From: an uncultured bacterium
GTDB lineage: Bacteria > Hydrothermota > UBA3073 > NMUJ01 > CBEVQO01
Assembly: GCA_965552055.1 (NCBI GenBank)
Contig: CBEVQO010000007.1
Location: 1 to 64,000 of the forward strand
Direction of reading: 5' to 3'
Length of the DNA stretch: 64,000 bases
Shown: piece after piece, positions 19,311 to 29,612 of the stretch
Layout: every line of letters begins with the position of its first letter
Numbering within the stretch: the first letter of the stretch is position 1
Notes under the pieces: generated by a model
Told to the model about the DNA's origin: nothing
What the model saw: only the letters and a program-made list of their open reading frames with translations
Database searches by the model: none
Position numbers and translations under genes: made by a program

Positions 19311-21712
19311 TTTTATTAATCTTTCTAATATTACCCTCGATAAAAGATACCTTAATTCCGGAAAAATGGAATGCGATTGGACCTTTTCTGATAGGTGCAA
19401 GAGAAGGAGTTGCAGAACTCCCTCCCGCTGATAGCCTTTTCAAATACAAAAAATGGCGAAATTTCTTCTGTGATTCTGGAATCGTAAAAGAAACTACGGT
19501 GATGGCAAAGGACGGTTTTGTAAAAATAAATTTCAAAAATATTAAATGGGATACGATAATGAACATTTATGGGATAACAGGGCTTTTATGTATCACTATT
19601 TTTCGCACAGAAGTAAATTGTCCTGAGAAATGCAGAGCACTTGCTGTAACCAAAAGATTGGGCTCCTTTAGAATAAACGACAGAAGATACCTTGCAGAAC
19701 CTTATTCTTTTAACTTTTTCTTAACTCCATGTGTGCTTGATTCCGGTAAAAATATAATAAGATTAACTGCAGGAGGATTTGGAAACCCTCAATTTTACTT
19801 TAAACTCATCCCTGTGAAACATAAAGTAATCATTTTAAAAGATTTCACATTACCTGATTTGATAAAAGGCAAAAAGGTATATCCTTTGCTGGGAATTCCT
19901 GTTTTAAACACCACTCAAGAACGCCTATCTGCGAAACTCATCATCAAAAAAGATACCTTTTTAATAAGAAATTTATTCCCGTTGTGTGTGAAAAAAATTC
20001 CTATCACTTTAAGCGATAGTTTAACAGTAAAAGATTCCATTTTAAAATGCAAAATAATCTGCAAAGGAGATGCTTATAATTTTGAGATAAAATTTAGAGT
20101 CAGGAAACCTTATGAATCTTTCTGTGAGACATTTCTTTCAAAAATCGATTCATCTGTGCAATATTATGCCGTTTTACCGCCGAAAAATTATAATCCCGAT
20201 AAAAAATACGCTTTGATATTGTCGCTTCACGGTGCAGGTGTTGAAGCAAGAGGTCTTGTAAATGCCTACTCGCAGAAAGATTGGGCATTTATAGTGGCAC
20301 CCACAAATAGAAGGAGATTTGGGTTTGACTGGGAAGATTGGGGAAGGTTAGATGCACTCGAAATTTTAAACATCGTAAAGAAAAAATATCCAGTTGATAC
20401 CTTAAGAATTTATTTAACAGGGCATTCTATGGGTGGTCATGGCACATGGGCGATAGGTACCTTTTATTTTGATAACTTCGCAGCAATAGCACCGGAAGCA
20501 GGATGGTGCAGCTTCCACCTTTATATTCCTTGGACTTTCCATCAGAGGAATATTTTCTGGAAATTCACATCGCCTGTTAAAGATATCTTAATAAGAGAAG
20601 ATAATCCAGTTGCTTACCTTGAAAATCTGAAAAATACACCTGTATTTATCGTGCATGGAAGAGAAGATGATAATGTTCCTGTTTATCACTCAAGAATTTT
20701 CTCAAAGCGCTTACATTATTTAAAATATAATTATGAATATATAGAAGTGCCGGGTAAAAAGCACTGGTGGAAAGGATGCGTTGACCTCCCTGAACTCATG
20801 AAATTTCTAAAAGAAAAGAAATTAAATCCATATCCAGAAGAAATAGTGTTTAAAACGCCCTATCTTGGGCTTAAATCAAAAGCATATTATTTTGAAATAA
20901 TTGAGCAAAAATTGCCCTATCATGATTCTGAGATAAAATCAAGTTTAAAAGGAGATACTTTAAAAATAAATTGTGAAAATGTCAAAATTTTAAAAATCCA
21001 TCTAACAAAAGATTTGGTAAAAGGCAAATCCGCAATTTTTAAGATAGAAGGGCAAACTTTAAAATTTAGATTTATAAAAGATTGTGATGTTTATCTCAAA
21101 GAAATAAATGGTAGATTTTATTTTGTATCAAAGCCAAAAGTTCGTGATAGGTTAACCTATGGCGGGATAAAGGTTGCCTATTTCTCTCCATTTATAATAG
21201 TTTATGGGACAAACACAGAGAAAGGGATTATCGAGAAATATAAGGAGATGGCGAGGTTGCAGGCAATGAGATGGTATAGAAGAGCAAATGGCTACTGCGA
21301 AATATTGCCAGATACAGAAATTACAGAAGATTTGATGAGAAGATATAATCTCATTCTGATAGGAAATGCCAATACAAATAAAATAATTCAAAAAATAAAT
21401 CCATTTTTGCCGATAAAATTTGAAGATGGTAAAATCACTGTTGGTGAAGAAAAATTTGAAGGTGACCTTTGTTTAACTCTTCTTTATAGAAATCCATTTT
21501 ATAGAGATAAATTGATTTTGCTTTATTCTGAATTGACAGAAAAATCTCTCCCCTATTCTCAGTTTTTCTTACCTTTATATTCTGGTGCGGGTGTTCCTGA
21601 CTTTTTGATTTTCGATGAGAAAGTGCAAAATTATGGCTTTGCAGGAGTAATATTGTGCGGCTTCTTCGACCAGAACTGGAATCTTAATAATAGTTTGCTC
21701 TGGCATAAATAA
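19307..21712 (+). CDS. Exported alpha/beta hydrolase (prolyl oligopeptidase/esterase-like)
   Basis: LHGAG, nucleophile GHSMGG, HGREDDNVP, KHWW. Confidence 0.82.
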   Translation: MILLIFLILPSIKDTLIPEKWNAIGPFLIGAREGVAELPPADSLFKYKKWRNFFCDSGIVKETTVMAKDGFVKINFKNIKWDTIMNIYGITGLLCITIFRTEVNCPEKCRALAVTKRLGSFRINDRRYLAEPYSFNFFLTPCVLDSGKNIIRLTAGGFGNPQFYFKLIPVKHKVIILKDFTLPDLIKGKKVYPLLGIPVLNTTQERLSAKLIIKKDTFLIRNLFPLCVKKIPITLSDSLTVKDSILKCKIICKGDAYNFEIKFRVRKPYESFCETFLSKIDSSVQYYAVLPPKNYNPDKKYALILSLHGAGVEARGLVNAYSQKDWAFIVAPTNRRRFGFDWEDWGRLDALEILNIVKKKYPVDTLRIYLTGHSMGGHGTWAIGTFYFDNFAAIAPEAGWCSFHLYIPWTFHQRNIFWKFTSPVKDILIREDNPVAYLENLKNTPVFIVHGREDDNVPVYHSRIFSKRLHYLKYNYEYIEVPGKKHWWKGCVDLPELMKFLKEKKLNPYPEEIVFKTPYLGLKSKAYYFEIIEQKLPYHDSEIKSSLKGDTLKINCENVKILKIHLTKDLVKGKSAIFKIEGQTLKFRFIKDCDVYLKEINGRFYFVSKPKVRDRLTYGGIKVAYFSPFIIVYGTNTEKGIIEKYKEMARLQAMRWYRRANGYCEILPDTEITEDLMRRYNLILIGNANTNKIIQKINPFLPIKFEDGKITVGEEKFEGDLCLTLLYRNPFYRDKLILLYSELTEKSLPYSQFFLPLYSGAGVPDFLIFDEKVQNYGFAGVILCGFFDQNWNLNNSLLWHK

Positions 21713-21718
21713 ACTAAA

Positions 21719-23902
21719 TTATATCTTAAACAAATATCTGAACTTTAAGAAAATTTGATGCTCCTGGAATTCTATCTTTTCGGGGTGTTTTAAAGCGTTT
21801 ACATTGGCACCAAAATAAAAAACAGTAAATGGATTAAGCTGATAAGTAAACAGGGGATAAATCCCGATAATCTCCTGTCCTGTATAATAAAATAAAATTA
21901 ATCTGTATGAAAAAGTGTTCGTAAATGAATAGTCCTGTGACAAAGCATAATTCTTAACATCATAAATTAAATCTTTATACTTCTTTCTATAAAGAACCTC
22001 ACGCTCCATCATCAAACCAAGTAGAAGTTTTTCCAATTTTAAGCATCCATTTATGTAAAAATCTTTCTCATAAGCAGGAATAATTTCAGAATAATATATG
22101 GTTTTGCCTGTGTTAAATCCTGTAGCAATTTGCAGCCATTTCAAAGGAAAAGCACTTATTGAAGCAGATAAATCATAAAGACCTTCAAAATATTCAAAAT
22201 ATTTCTTATCGTAAAAAGATTGCTCTATTTCGAGATTTGTTTGCCAGTATGGAAGACAGACATTTAAATCAAAAGAAATCTCTTTCTTCTTTAATTCTTT
22301 TGAGAAATTCACTTCACGCTCATATTCTACACCAAAAGTAAGTTTATCGATACCATATTGACTTAAATAAAAAATAGGATTCATACTGATGCCATAATTT
22401 TTATATCCATTCTTCGCAATATATCCGAAATCAGAGCGAAATGTGGGAGATAGTTCTCTATACCATAAGGATAACCAGAAATTTTTAAAAAACGAATTAA
22501 ATGAAAAACAATTCATATTGCCACTGAATTTCTCACCATCAAATTTATCTGTATGATTATCAAACAAAAAGCCAAAACCACTGAATAAAGAACTGTCTTC
22601 TGATTCTTTTGTGTAAGATAAAGCACCCTGATATTTGATTGTATAATGCTTTAAAAATCTTATTTTTGCATCAATGCCAAACACAGAGCCATACCCATTA
22701 TCAAAAATGCTATCTCTCAATGCCCATCTATTACCTAAAAGAAATCCAATATAAGATTCTCTGCCGGGTAAATCCATTTTAAATCTTAAAAGATTTGTGA
22801 AACCCTTTTTATAGGTTGGCAATTTAAAACTGTAATCTTCAAAAGGCACTATGTAAATCAGATTTTCATCATAAGCAGAAAGGAAATAAACATCAAAATT
22901 TGAGACCCTGCCAGTAAGTTTTATCGCATAAAGTGGATTGTTTATCATCCTGGTGTATATAAGTTTTATCGGCATCTTAATGATTTGTGCACCTTCCATA
23001 AAGAAAGGTCTCTTCTCTGGATAATAAAGTGCAAAAATTGTGTTAACATCTATCTGGGGAATGTCTGTCTCTATCTGTGAGTAATCGGGGTTTAAAGCAA
23101 AGTCGATTATTAAATTTTGTGCCAACCTGTATCTGCCGGATATTCCTGCATCAAATCCTTTAAAAGAATTAACATAATCACCATCTTCTCTCGTACCAAC
23201 ATGTGACGAGATAAGGAAAGGCAAAAGAGACAATTTCTTCTCTTTTGCTACTATTTTTTCTGGAATTATAAGGATTGCACCCTGTTCGAATATCGCTGGA
23301 TTAGAAAGACTAAGTTTCGGGAAAGAGTAAGTCTCAAGACTGCCTCGAGGTCTTACCCTCATTACAAGTATTCTCCACTCCTGCTTTTCTTTGCTTTTAA
23401 ATCTCAAAGAAGAGAAAGGTATTTTAAATTCACATGACCAGAAATCCCTACCGATAAATGATTTCACAAACCATTCTGTATCAAAATTATAATCTTCAAC
23501 ATTGCTGGGTGGAGGACCCTTTATTCCATCGTATTGCACGGATAAAGGGTTTGTACCGAAAATGTAACCCTCTCTGCATTTCCCATAAGTATCAAGGAAG
23601 ATGAAAATCATATCGTCCATAGCTATCATATCCCTTTTTGTAAGAGTTTTGCGAATCTCCTGCACATTGTCATAACACTTTACCGCTACATAGAGATTAC
23701 TTTTATCATAGCCAATATATAACTCTGTTTTTACAGGAGGTATTTTGTCTTCTTCAGGCTGGAATTCATAAAAATCTGTGAGAGGAGTAAAATCACCCCA
23801 TTCTTCCTTCGAGATAATACCATCAAGCTTTATTCCTCTGTCAAACTTCTTCACCACTATTGTGGGCGACTCCGTTATTAAAAAGAAAACGAGCAAAATC
23901 AT
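21719..23902 (-). CDS. CBM9-like + DUF5916-type outer membrane protein
   Basis: IKLDG..EW, EFKIPFSSLRF, NPDYSQIE, PEKRPFFMEG. Confidence 0.8.
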   Translation of the reverse strand: MILLVFFLITESPTIVVKKFDRGIKLDGIISKEEWGDFTPLTDFYEFQPEEDKIPPVKTELYIGYDKSNLYVAVKCYDNVQEIRKTLTKRDMIAMDDMIFIFLDTYGKCREGYIFGTNPLSVQYDGIKGPPPSNVEDYNFDTEWFVKSFIGRDFWSCEFKIPFSSLRFKSKEKQEWRILVMRVRPRGSLETYSFPKLSLSNPAIFEQGAILIIPEKIVAKEKKLSLLPFLISSHVGTREDGDYVNSFKGFDAGISGRYRLAQNLIIDFALNPDYSQIETDIPQIDVNTIFALYYPEKRPFFMEGAQIIKMPIKLIYTRMINNPLYAIKLTGRVSNFDVYFLSAYDENLIYIVPFEDYSFKLPTYKKGFTNLLRFKMDLPGRESYIGFLLGNRWALRDSIFDNGYGSVFGIDAKIRFLKHYTIKYQGALSYTKESEDSSLFSGFGFLFDNHTDKFDGEKFSGNMNCFSFNSFFKNFWLSLWYRELSPTFRSDFGYIAKNGYKNYGISMNPIFYLSQYGIDKLTFGVEYEREVNFSKELKKKEISFDLNVCLPYWQTNLEIEQSFYDKKYFEYFEGLYDLSASISAFPLKWLQIATGFNTGKTIYYSEIIPAYEKDFYINGCLKLEKLLLGLMMEREVLYRKKYKDLIYDVKNYALSQDYSFTNTFSYRLILFYYTGQEIIGIYPLFTYQLNPFTVFYFGANVNALKHPEKIEFQEHQIFLKFRYLFKI

Positions 23903-24069
23903 CTCTCCCCCCTTCGAACGAATTTAGCCATAACATTTGATATTATATCAAAAGATAATTTTGTCAATTTTTATGTTAAAATTTTTGAAATTTATGTTAA
24001 ATTTTTTATTACGAACGAAGCTAGGCTAAAAATAACCTCTTGACATTCTTCTTTTTTCATTAATTTAAT

Positions 24070-24483
24070 ATGATGGAAAAAAATTTGAAAGAGTTCTTGA
24101 TTAAAGAAATCGAAGTAGTTCAGGACATAATAAAGAGGATGGCATTTAATTCCTTTATGATAAAAGGATGGGCTATCACGCTTATTGTCGTTGTATTGCT
24201 GTTTCAAAAAGCAACCCAGCATATTTTCCTTGCATTCATTCCTTTAATCTCATTCTGGTTCCTTGATGCCTATTTTTTACGATTAGAAAGAATGTATCGC
24301 AAATTATACGAATGGATAATAAAAAATAGATTAAAAACAGATGAATATTTGTTTGATATGAATCCTTACAGGTTTAAAAAAGAAGTCCCAGGGATAATCC
24401 GCACAATGTTCTCAATTACACTCGCATGGTTTTATCTATCAATCGCTGTAATGCTCGCAATTTACTGGATTATAGTGCATTGA
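24070..24483 (+). CDS. Small multi-transmembrane hypothetical protein
   Basis: IIKRMAFNSFMIKGW and FWFLDAYFLRLERMYRKLY motifs; three hydrophobic helices. Confidence 0.75.
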   Translation: MMEKNLKEFLIKEIEVVQDIIKRMAFNSFMIKGWAITLIVVVLLFQKATQHIFLAFIPLISFWFLDAYFLRLERMYRKLYEWIIKNRLKTDEYLFDMNPYRFKKEVPGIIRTMFSITLAWFYLSIAVMLAIYWIIVH

Positions 24484-25493
24484 AAATTTACACAGTTACA
24501 ACGAATCCGGGAATTGAGGATATAGTTAAAGAAGAAATAAAAGAAAAACTTGGTAATGTAGAATATGTAAATGTTTACAATCTACCTGGAAGGATAAGTT
24601 TTTATTATGATAATCTTGAAAAAATTTTAAAATTGAGGTCAATTTATCATGTTATGAGATTTGTAACTTCTTTTAAAGTGGAAAATCTTTCTGAACTTTA
24701 TGAAAAAATGTTTGATGTTGATATCGAGGAGATGTTGGATGCAAAAACTTTCAGGATAACAGGTAAAAGACGGGGTTTACATGTTTTTAAATCGGTTGAT
24801 ATTCAAAAGGTAGCAGGCAAAGCCGTTCAAGAAAAATACAAAAAAGAAGTTTCACTAAAAAATTTTGATGTTGAAATTCTTGTTGAACTATTTGGCAAAG
24901 AATGTTATATCGCTGTGATGAAGACACGGGATAGTTTGCATAAGCGCTATCCAAAAGTTGTAAACCACCCAACTGCTATAAAGCCGCCGCTCGCCTACGC
25001 GATGATAAAACTCGCGAATGTAAAAGAAGGAATGAAAATACTTGACCCTTTCTGCGGAAGTGGAACAATACCAATAGAAGTTGCACAGATTTTCGGTAAC
25101 AAAGTGAAAATATACGCTTCTGATATAATGGAATACTGGATAAATGGTGCAAAAGAGAATGCAAAAAATGCAGGCGTTGAAAATTTAATAGAATTCAAAG
25201 TAGCAAATGCAAACAATATCCACAAACATTATGTAATAAAATTTGACAGAATAATAACAAATCCACCCTATGGCGTGAAAATCGAAAAAGAAGATTTAAA
25301 ATGGCTTTACAGGAATTTTATGGAGAATGTTTATCAAATTCTGGAAGATAATGCAAAACTTGTGATAATAACAACGAGGGCAAATTCTTTCCGTGACCTC
25401 ATAATGAAAACAAAAAAATATCTTATAGAAGAAGAAAGAGTAGTTGATGTGGGTACCCTATGGCCCCATATCTTTGTATTGCGAAAAATTTAA
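24480..25493 (+). CDS. THUMP-domain RNA m2G methyltransferase (Trm14/TrmN-like); start probably TTG at 24480
   Basis: THUMP region, LDPFCGSGTI, NPPYG. Confidence 0.85.
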   Translation: MKIYTVTTNPGIEDIVKEEIKEKLGNVEYVNVYNLPGRISFYYDNLEKILKLRSIYHVMRFVTSFKVENLSELYEKMFDVDIEEMLDAKTFRITGKRRGLHVFKSVDIQKVAGKAVQEKYKKEVSLKNFDVEILVELFGKECYIAVMKTRDSLHKRYPKVVNHPTAIKPPLAYAMIKLANVKEGMKILDPFCGSGTIPIEVAQIFGNKVKIYASDIMEYWINGAKENAKNAGVENLIEFKVANANNIHKHYVIKFDRIITNPPYGVKIEKEDLKWLYRNFMENVYQILEDNAKLVIITTRANSFRDLIMKTKKYLIEEERVVDVGTLWPHIFVLRKI

Positions 25494-28400
25494 TCAATAT
25501 AAGAGACAGGTAAATTTTTGTTTAAAGTGCCTTTCAATTCTGGATGCTGTAAATCTTTTGTTGCGGTTTTCACTCTGTCATAAACATATTCGTAAATCTC
25601 TCTCAAAGTTATTATTTTATCTTCATTTTTATCTGCTTTCCCTTTTAATCCTTCTATAAGGTAATAGGTAAAAACTCCGTGTGATAAAGAAGGGCTCTCA
25701 TAAGATAACTCATCTGCTGAGCTCGCAGTAAATAGCGCAATTCCTGGACGAAAACGCAATAAGTTTTCAAAAAATTGTGCACTGCCACGAAAAGATAAGC
25801 CAAGATACCCTCCATGACAAATATCTGCAATTATTAAAATCTTACAATTTAAGCCACGCAATAATCTGTTAAAATCTACTTCTGATAAATTACCATCATA
25901 AAAAGATAAATACAATTCTTTACCATCTGTTAAACCATGTGTCGCAAAATATAAAATCAAAAAATCTTCAGGTTTTAAAATTTTCTTTAAATCTTTCATC
26001 ATTTTCATAAATCTTTTTGATGTAGCATCCCTGCCTTTTAACAATGTAAATCTTCCTTTTTCAAACTTCTTTTTCAAAAATCTATAAAATTCTGTTGCAT
26101 CCTTTTCCGCATAAGTTAACTTTCTCAAATTTTCATCCGAAAATTCATTTATTCCACAAATTATCCCGTAAATTTTAGGTAATTTCTTCACCCTGCAATA
26201 AACTTTCAATATCTTCTTTGCATAGTTCCCGCTATAATCCCATGCTTCGATTGTTATTTGATTTTCACCGGGTATAAGTGTGATTTTTTGTGCAAAATAA
26301 AGCGTATCCCTCGCGATAAAGTGCAACTTGCGGATAAGACGCATGCCCCTTACACCTCTACCCTGTTCCGAATTTATCAGAAAATTTGATACTCCAAAAT
26401 CATCAAGGATAAAACCTTTTACAGTAACCGTATCTGTAAATATTTCTTCTTTATTTTTCGGTTTCTCAACTATTATCACTGGTGGATTTTTATCGTCTCC
26501 TTTTTTCAAATAAAAATAGGGATCAATTTTTGTGATGCCACCTTTTTTATCAATTATTGTAAATCTTTTATCATCCGTAAAGCGAACGATTTCGCCTGAT
26601 TCTACTTTCTCAAAATGCAAAGGAGTTTTACCACGAAATAGAATCGCAACACCATCAGACCATAAAACACAGAAAAATTTATCACCTATCTTCAAATCTT
26701 TTACAGGTAAATTCCTTGAATAGATTTTTTTAAAAGATAAATAAACAGAACCTGCTCCATCACCGCACAAAACACCACTACCTGCATCTATCGCCATTAT
26801 ACCGTATCTGCCAACTTTTCTACTGCCAAGAACTTTACCAGAAAATACATCAAAAATTATTAAATTGTTTGATAAATCACCGCAATATAATTTTTTATCA
26901 TCCTTTGAGAAACAAAGAGCAGAAATCCAGTCATTTAATTTCTTTTCAAATAAAATTTCGCCATCTAAATTTACAACTTTTACCTCACCCAAAGATGTGC
27001 CTGTAGCTACAAAATTCCCTGTGTTACTAAAACAAAGTGCAGTGATATGTCCCAAATGCTTTACGGAAACCTCCCTCCCACCACTATAAAAAGAAATTTC
27101 TCTACCTTTTATCTCAAAATCAGGAAAACCTAAACCCAGTTCAACACTTAAAGGATAAATATCAAATTTTTTAACAGGAATTTCAATTTTTTTAATTTTG
27201 ATATTAAATTTTTTAAATTTTTGTTTAAAATTTTTAAAATTTGTATTAAAAATTTTTATATCGTTTCCTTTTTTTATTATGATTTTGTTTTCTCTTACTG
27301 CAATGTGTTCTTCTCCCCCACTGTAAATTGTTCTGGATATTTTTCCTGTTACGGGATTGAGTATTTGCACCCTGCCATTTGCAGAAAAAATAACCTTATC
27401 GTCGCTGGTAAATGCAAAAGAATTTGCCCGAAATTCACCCATTCTGACGAAGTTAGAAGTGTTAATCACATGGACTTTGCCGGTTGATGAAAAGGCAAGC
27501 ATTTTACCATCCATACTGAATTTTATCTTCTCGGGGATATTTTTCAATTTTTTACTTCTCAATAATTTGATTTCGGGTAATTTCCACAATTTCAGGAAAC
27601 AATCTTCGCCACCTGAAGCAAGCAATTTGGCATCGGGACTGAAACGCAGAGTAGTAACACGACCTTCATGTGCCCTCCATTCTCTATATTTCTCCTCTTT
27701 CAAAACATCAAAAAGAACAACATCTCCCGATGATTTGCCGATGGCAATTAACTGACAGAAGTTATCACAATCAACAGCACTCGGTAAAAAATCTATTTTT
27801 CGGGAAAAAATTTGCTCACCACCACGGGAATAAAGAGAAAATGCATCCCTGCCCCATAACAAAATTTTATCCTCAAAGCCTGTAAAAAGTCCACCTATTA
27901 CTTCAAAAAATACCCCGAAATTGCTTATTATCTCATCTTTTTCTGTATCAAAAATTTCTACCTTACTGCCTTTAATCTGTGCAAGATATTTGCCAGATGG
28001 ACTCAAAATTGATAATTTCCCTTCTAATCTTATTTCCGATGGAAAATCAATATAAGGGTCAATTTTAAAAACTGCTACATTTTCGCTGCGATAGATGCCT
28101 GCATCAACGGCTAAAAAGCGTTCAAGAGGTGATATTGCACAGGTGCTGGGTACACCGGCAAGACGGGTGATATAGACCTGCTCCCCCTTCATATTGTAAA
28201 CCATCAAATTATTCTCTGCATTGGTAAGCACTATAAATCTGCCTGATTTAACAAATTTGCATGACAATAATTTTCTGCCAACTTTTTTGCCCCATAAAAA
28301 TTTAGACAGGGATACCGACCACAACCTGAAACTGCCATCTTCACCACAGGTGCAAATAGTATCACCAAAAATATCAATATCCGTAATTTTCCCTCTGTGA

Positions 28401-28939
28401 GAATAGAAGAAACTTTTTATCTCCTTTATCTTTCTGTAATCAAGGTCAAAAACACGAATCTTTTTTCCATCGCATAAAACGAAATATTTTGATGAAAAGT
28501 CAGCACATGTTATTTTCTTAAAATCCGAAAGTGTTTTCAGTGGATGTAATTCGGGTACAGAGAAGACATAAATTTTCCTCTCAGTAAGACAAACGATTTC
28601 CCTTTTTGTGGGATGGAACAGTATCTTTATGATTTTTTCAGGAAGCAAAAAATGGGATATCAATTTCCCTGCAAAAGAATAAATTTTTATTTCTTTTGTA
28701 TGTGCTACAGCTATAAAGTTTTTAATATCTGCTGATATTACGGGCTTTCCGACATTTATTTTATATTTCAGGGTAAAATCGGGTATTTGCCACAGACATA
28801 TAAATGTGTCTGCACCATAGGATAAAAGATAATTTTGCGAAAAAGAAACACCTCTTACCCAGTTTTCATGTGCACTAAGATTAAAATCAGGAGTGGATTT
28901 CAGGAAAAATATGAGGAATATCACTTCCAAATCACACAA
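25490..28939 (-). CDS. WD40-repeat + Ig-like + caspase (peptidase C14) protein
   Basis: WD40 units (AHEGRVTTLRFSPDAKLLASGGED); catalytic His in FATHG and Cys in ADICHGG; HGVFTYYL; QHP. Confidence 0.88.
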   Translation of the reverse strand: MCDLEVIFLIFFLKSTPDFNLSAHENWVRGVSFSQNYLLSYGADTFICLWQIPDFTLKYKINVGKPVISADIKNFIAVAHTKEIKIYSFAGKLISHFLLPEKIIKILFHPTKREIVCLTERKIYVFSVPELHPLKTLSDFKKITCADFSSKYFVLCDGKKIRVFDLDYRKIKEIKSFFYSHRGKITDIDIFGDTICTCGEDGSFRLWSVSLSKFLWGKKVGRKLLSCKFVKSGRFIVLTNAENNLMVYNMKGEQVYITRLAGVPSTCAISPLERFLAVDAGIYRSENVAVFKIDPYIDFPSEIRLEGKLSILSPSGKYLAQIKGSKVEIFDTEKDEIISNFGVFFEVIGGLFTGFEDKILLWGRDAFSLYSRGGEQIFSRKIDFLPSAVDCDNFCQLIAIGKSSGDVVLFDVLKEEKYREWRAHEGRVTTLRFSPDAKLLASGGEDCFLKLWKLPEIKLLRSKKLKNIPEKIKFSMDGKMLAFSSTGKVHVINTSNFVRMGEFRANSFAFTSDDKVIFSANGRVQILNPVTGKISRTIYSGGEEHIAVRENKIIIKKGNDIKIFNTNFKNFKQKFKKFNIKIKKIEIPVKKFDIYPLSVELGLGFPDFEIKGREISFYSGGREVSVKHLGHITALCFSNTGNFVATGTSLGEVKVVNLDGEILFEKKLNDWISALCFSKDDKKLYCGDLSNNLIIFDVFSGKVLGSRKVGRYGIMAIDAGSGVLCGDGAGSVYLSFKKIYSRNLPVKDLKIGDKFFCVLWSDGVAILFRGKTPLHFEKVESGEIVRFTDDKRFTIIDKKGGITKIDPYFYLKKGDDKNPPVIIVEKPKNKEEIFTDTVTVKGFILDDFGVSNFLINSEQGRGVRGMRLIRKLHFIARDTLYFAQKITLIPGENQITIEAWDYSGNYAKKILKVYCRVKKLPKIYGIICGINEFSDENLRKLTYAEKDATEFYRFLKKKFEKGRFTLLKGRDATSKRFMKMMKDLKKILKPEDFLILYFATHGLTDGKELYLSFYDGNLSEVDFNRLLRGLNCKILIIADICHGGYLGLSFRGSAQFFENLLRFRPGIALFTASSADELSYESPSLSHGVFTYYLIEGLKGKADKNEDKIITLREIYEYVYDRVKTATKDLQHPELKGTLNKNLPVSYID

Positions 28940-29285
28940 GTAGCATTCTCATAGGTTTTAGTTCACGCTTAAAAGGGTCGAATACAAGACCTAATATTTC
29001 CAGTGTCACGACACCAAGTACGGCTACATCTCCTTCTTCTCCGAGGATAACGGGTGTATGGGCTTCTCCCTGTGGCAAAATGATATAGCATTCTGATACT
29101 TTTCTATTTATCTGGGTGCCATCAGCAAGTATAAAAGTGTGCTCACGCTTGGGTTCCAAACCTATTTTCTTCCATATTTTCAGAGGCAAAAGAGTATAAA
29201 TAGCACCACTATCAACGAGGAAGCGAACACTAACTTCGCCCTTGGAACCCCTTACTTTCCCATCAACATAAGTCATTCCCATCAT
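28932..29285 (-). CDS. Retropepsin-like (clan AA) aspartyl protease
   Basis: FLVDSGA and VLGVVTLE motifs. Confidence 0.88.
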   Translation of the reverse strand: MMGMTYVDGKVRGSKGEVSVRFLVDSGAIYTLLPLKIWKKIGLEPKREHTFILADGTQINRKVSECYIILPQGEAHTPVILGEEGDVAVLGVVTLEILGLVFDPFKRELKPMRMLLV

Positions 29286-29355
29286 TATATTTTATTTCGT
29301 TTTATAAATTGTCAATAATTTTTTGCCCCGCCTCCCTGTCCCCACCGCCCTCGTG

Positions 29356-29385
29356 CACACCCCTCCTTTCAGTCGGGGTGTTGAC
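29356..29385. mobile_element. GC-rich hairpin resembling an IS200/IS605-family end (orphan remnant)
   Basis: ACACCCC-N11-GGGGTGT stem ending in TTGAC; no transposase nearby. Confidence 0.4.
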
Positions 29386-29436
29386 TCACAACCCATTGGT
29401 AATTAGCTCGCTCACGCTCGCATTAAACATTTTCTC

Positions 29437-29465
29437 TTGACATTCTTCAATATTGATTATATAAT
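29437..29465 (+). promoter_or_regulatory. Consensus sigma70 promoter, Pc-like cassette promoter
   Basis: TTGACA(29437)-17 bp-TATAAT(29460), facing the attI-like site. Confidence 0.8.
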
Positions 29466-29510
29466 TATGATGCAAACTCTAAGGTATAAAACAGCAAAGG
29501 AAAGAAAGGG

Positions 29511-29578
29511 CCGAACTGTTCGCATATCTTCCAGATTTTGGTATATATCCGAACTGTTCAGATATGAACGAGTTAAGT
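29511..29578 (+). mobile_element. Integron attI-like recombination site
   Basis: Direct repeats CCGAACTGTTC at 29511 and 29549; imperfect palindrome 29545-29565; core GTTAAGT (GTTRRRY) at 29572. Confidence 0.65.
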
Positions 29579-29612
29579 GAAATGCCCGCCGTCTCCAAGA
29601 GGTGTTTAAATC

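Noticed and set aside
23942..23967. TTGACA/TATAAT pair upstream of the DUF5916 gene as part of the leaderless set
   Set aside because: The spacer is only 14 bp and the gene has a Shine-Dalgarno, so it was left out of the count.
29286..29612. Integron integrase gene
   Set aside because: No ORF of suitable size here, and no tyrosine-recombinase motifs seen anywhere in the window.
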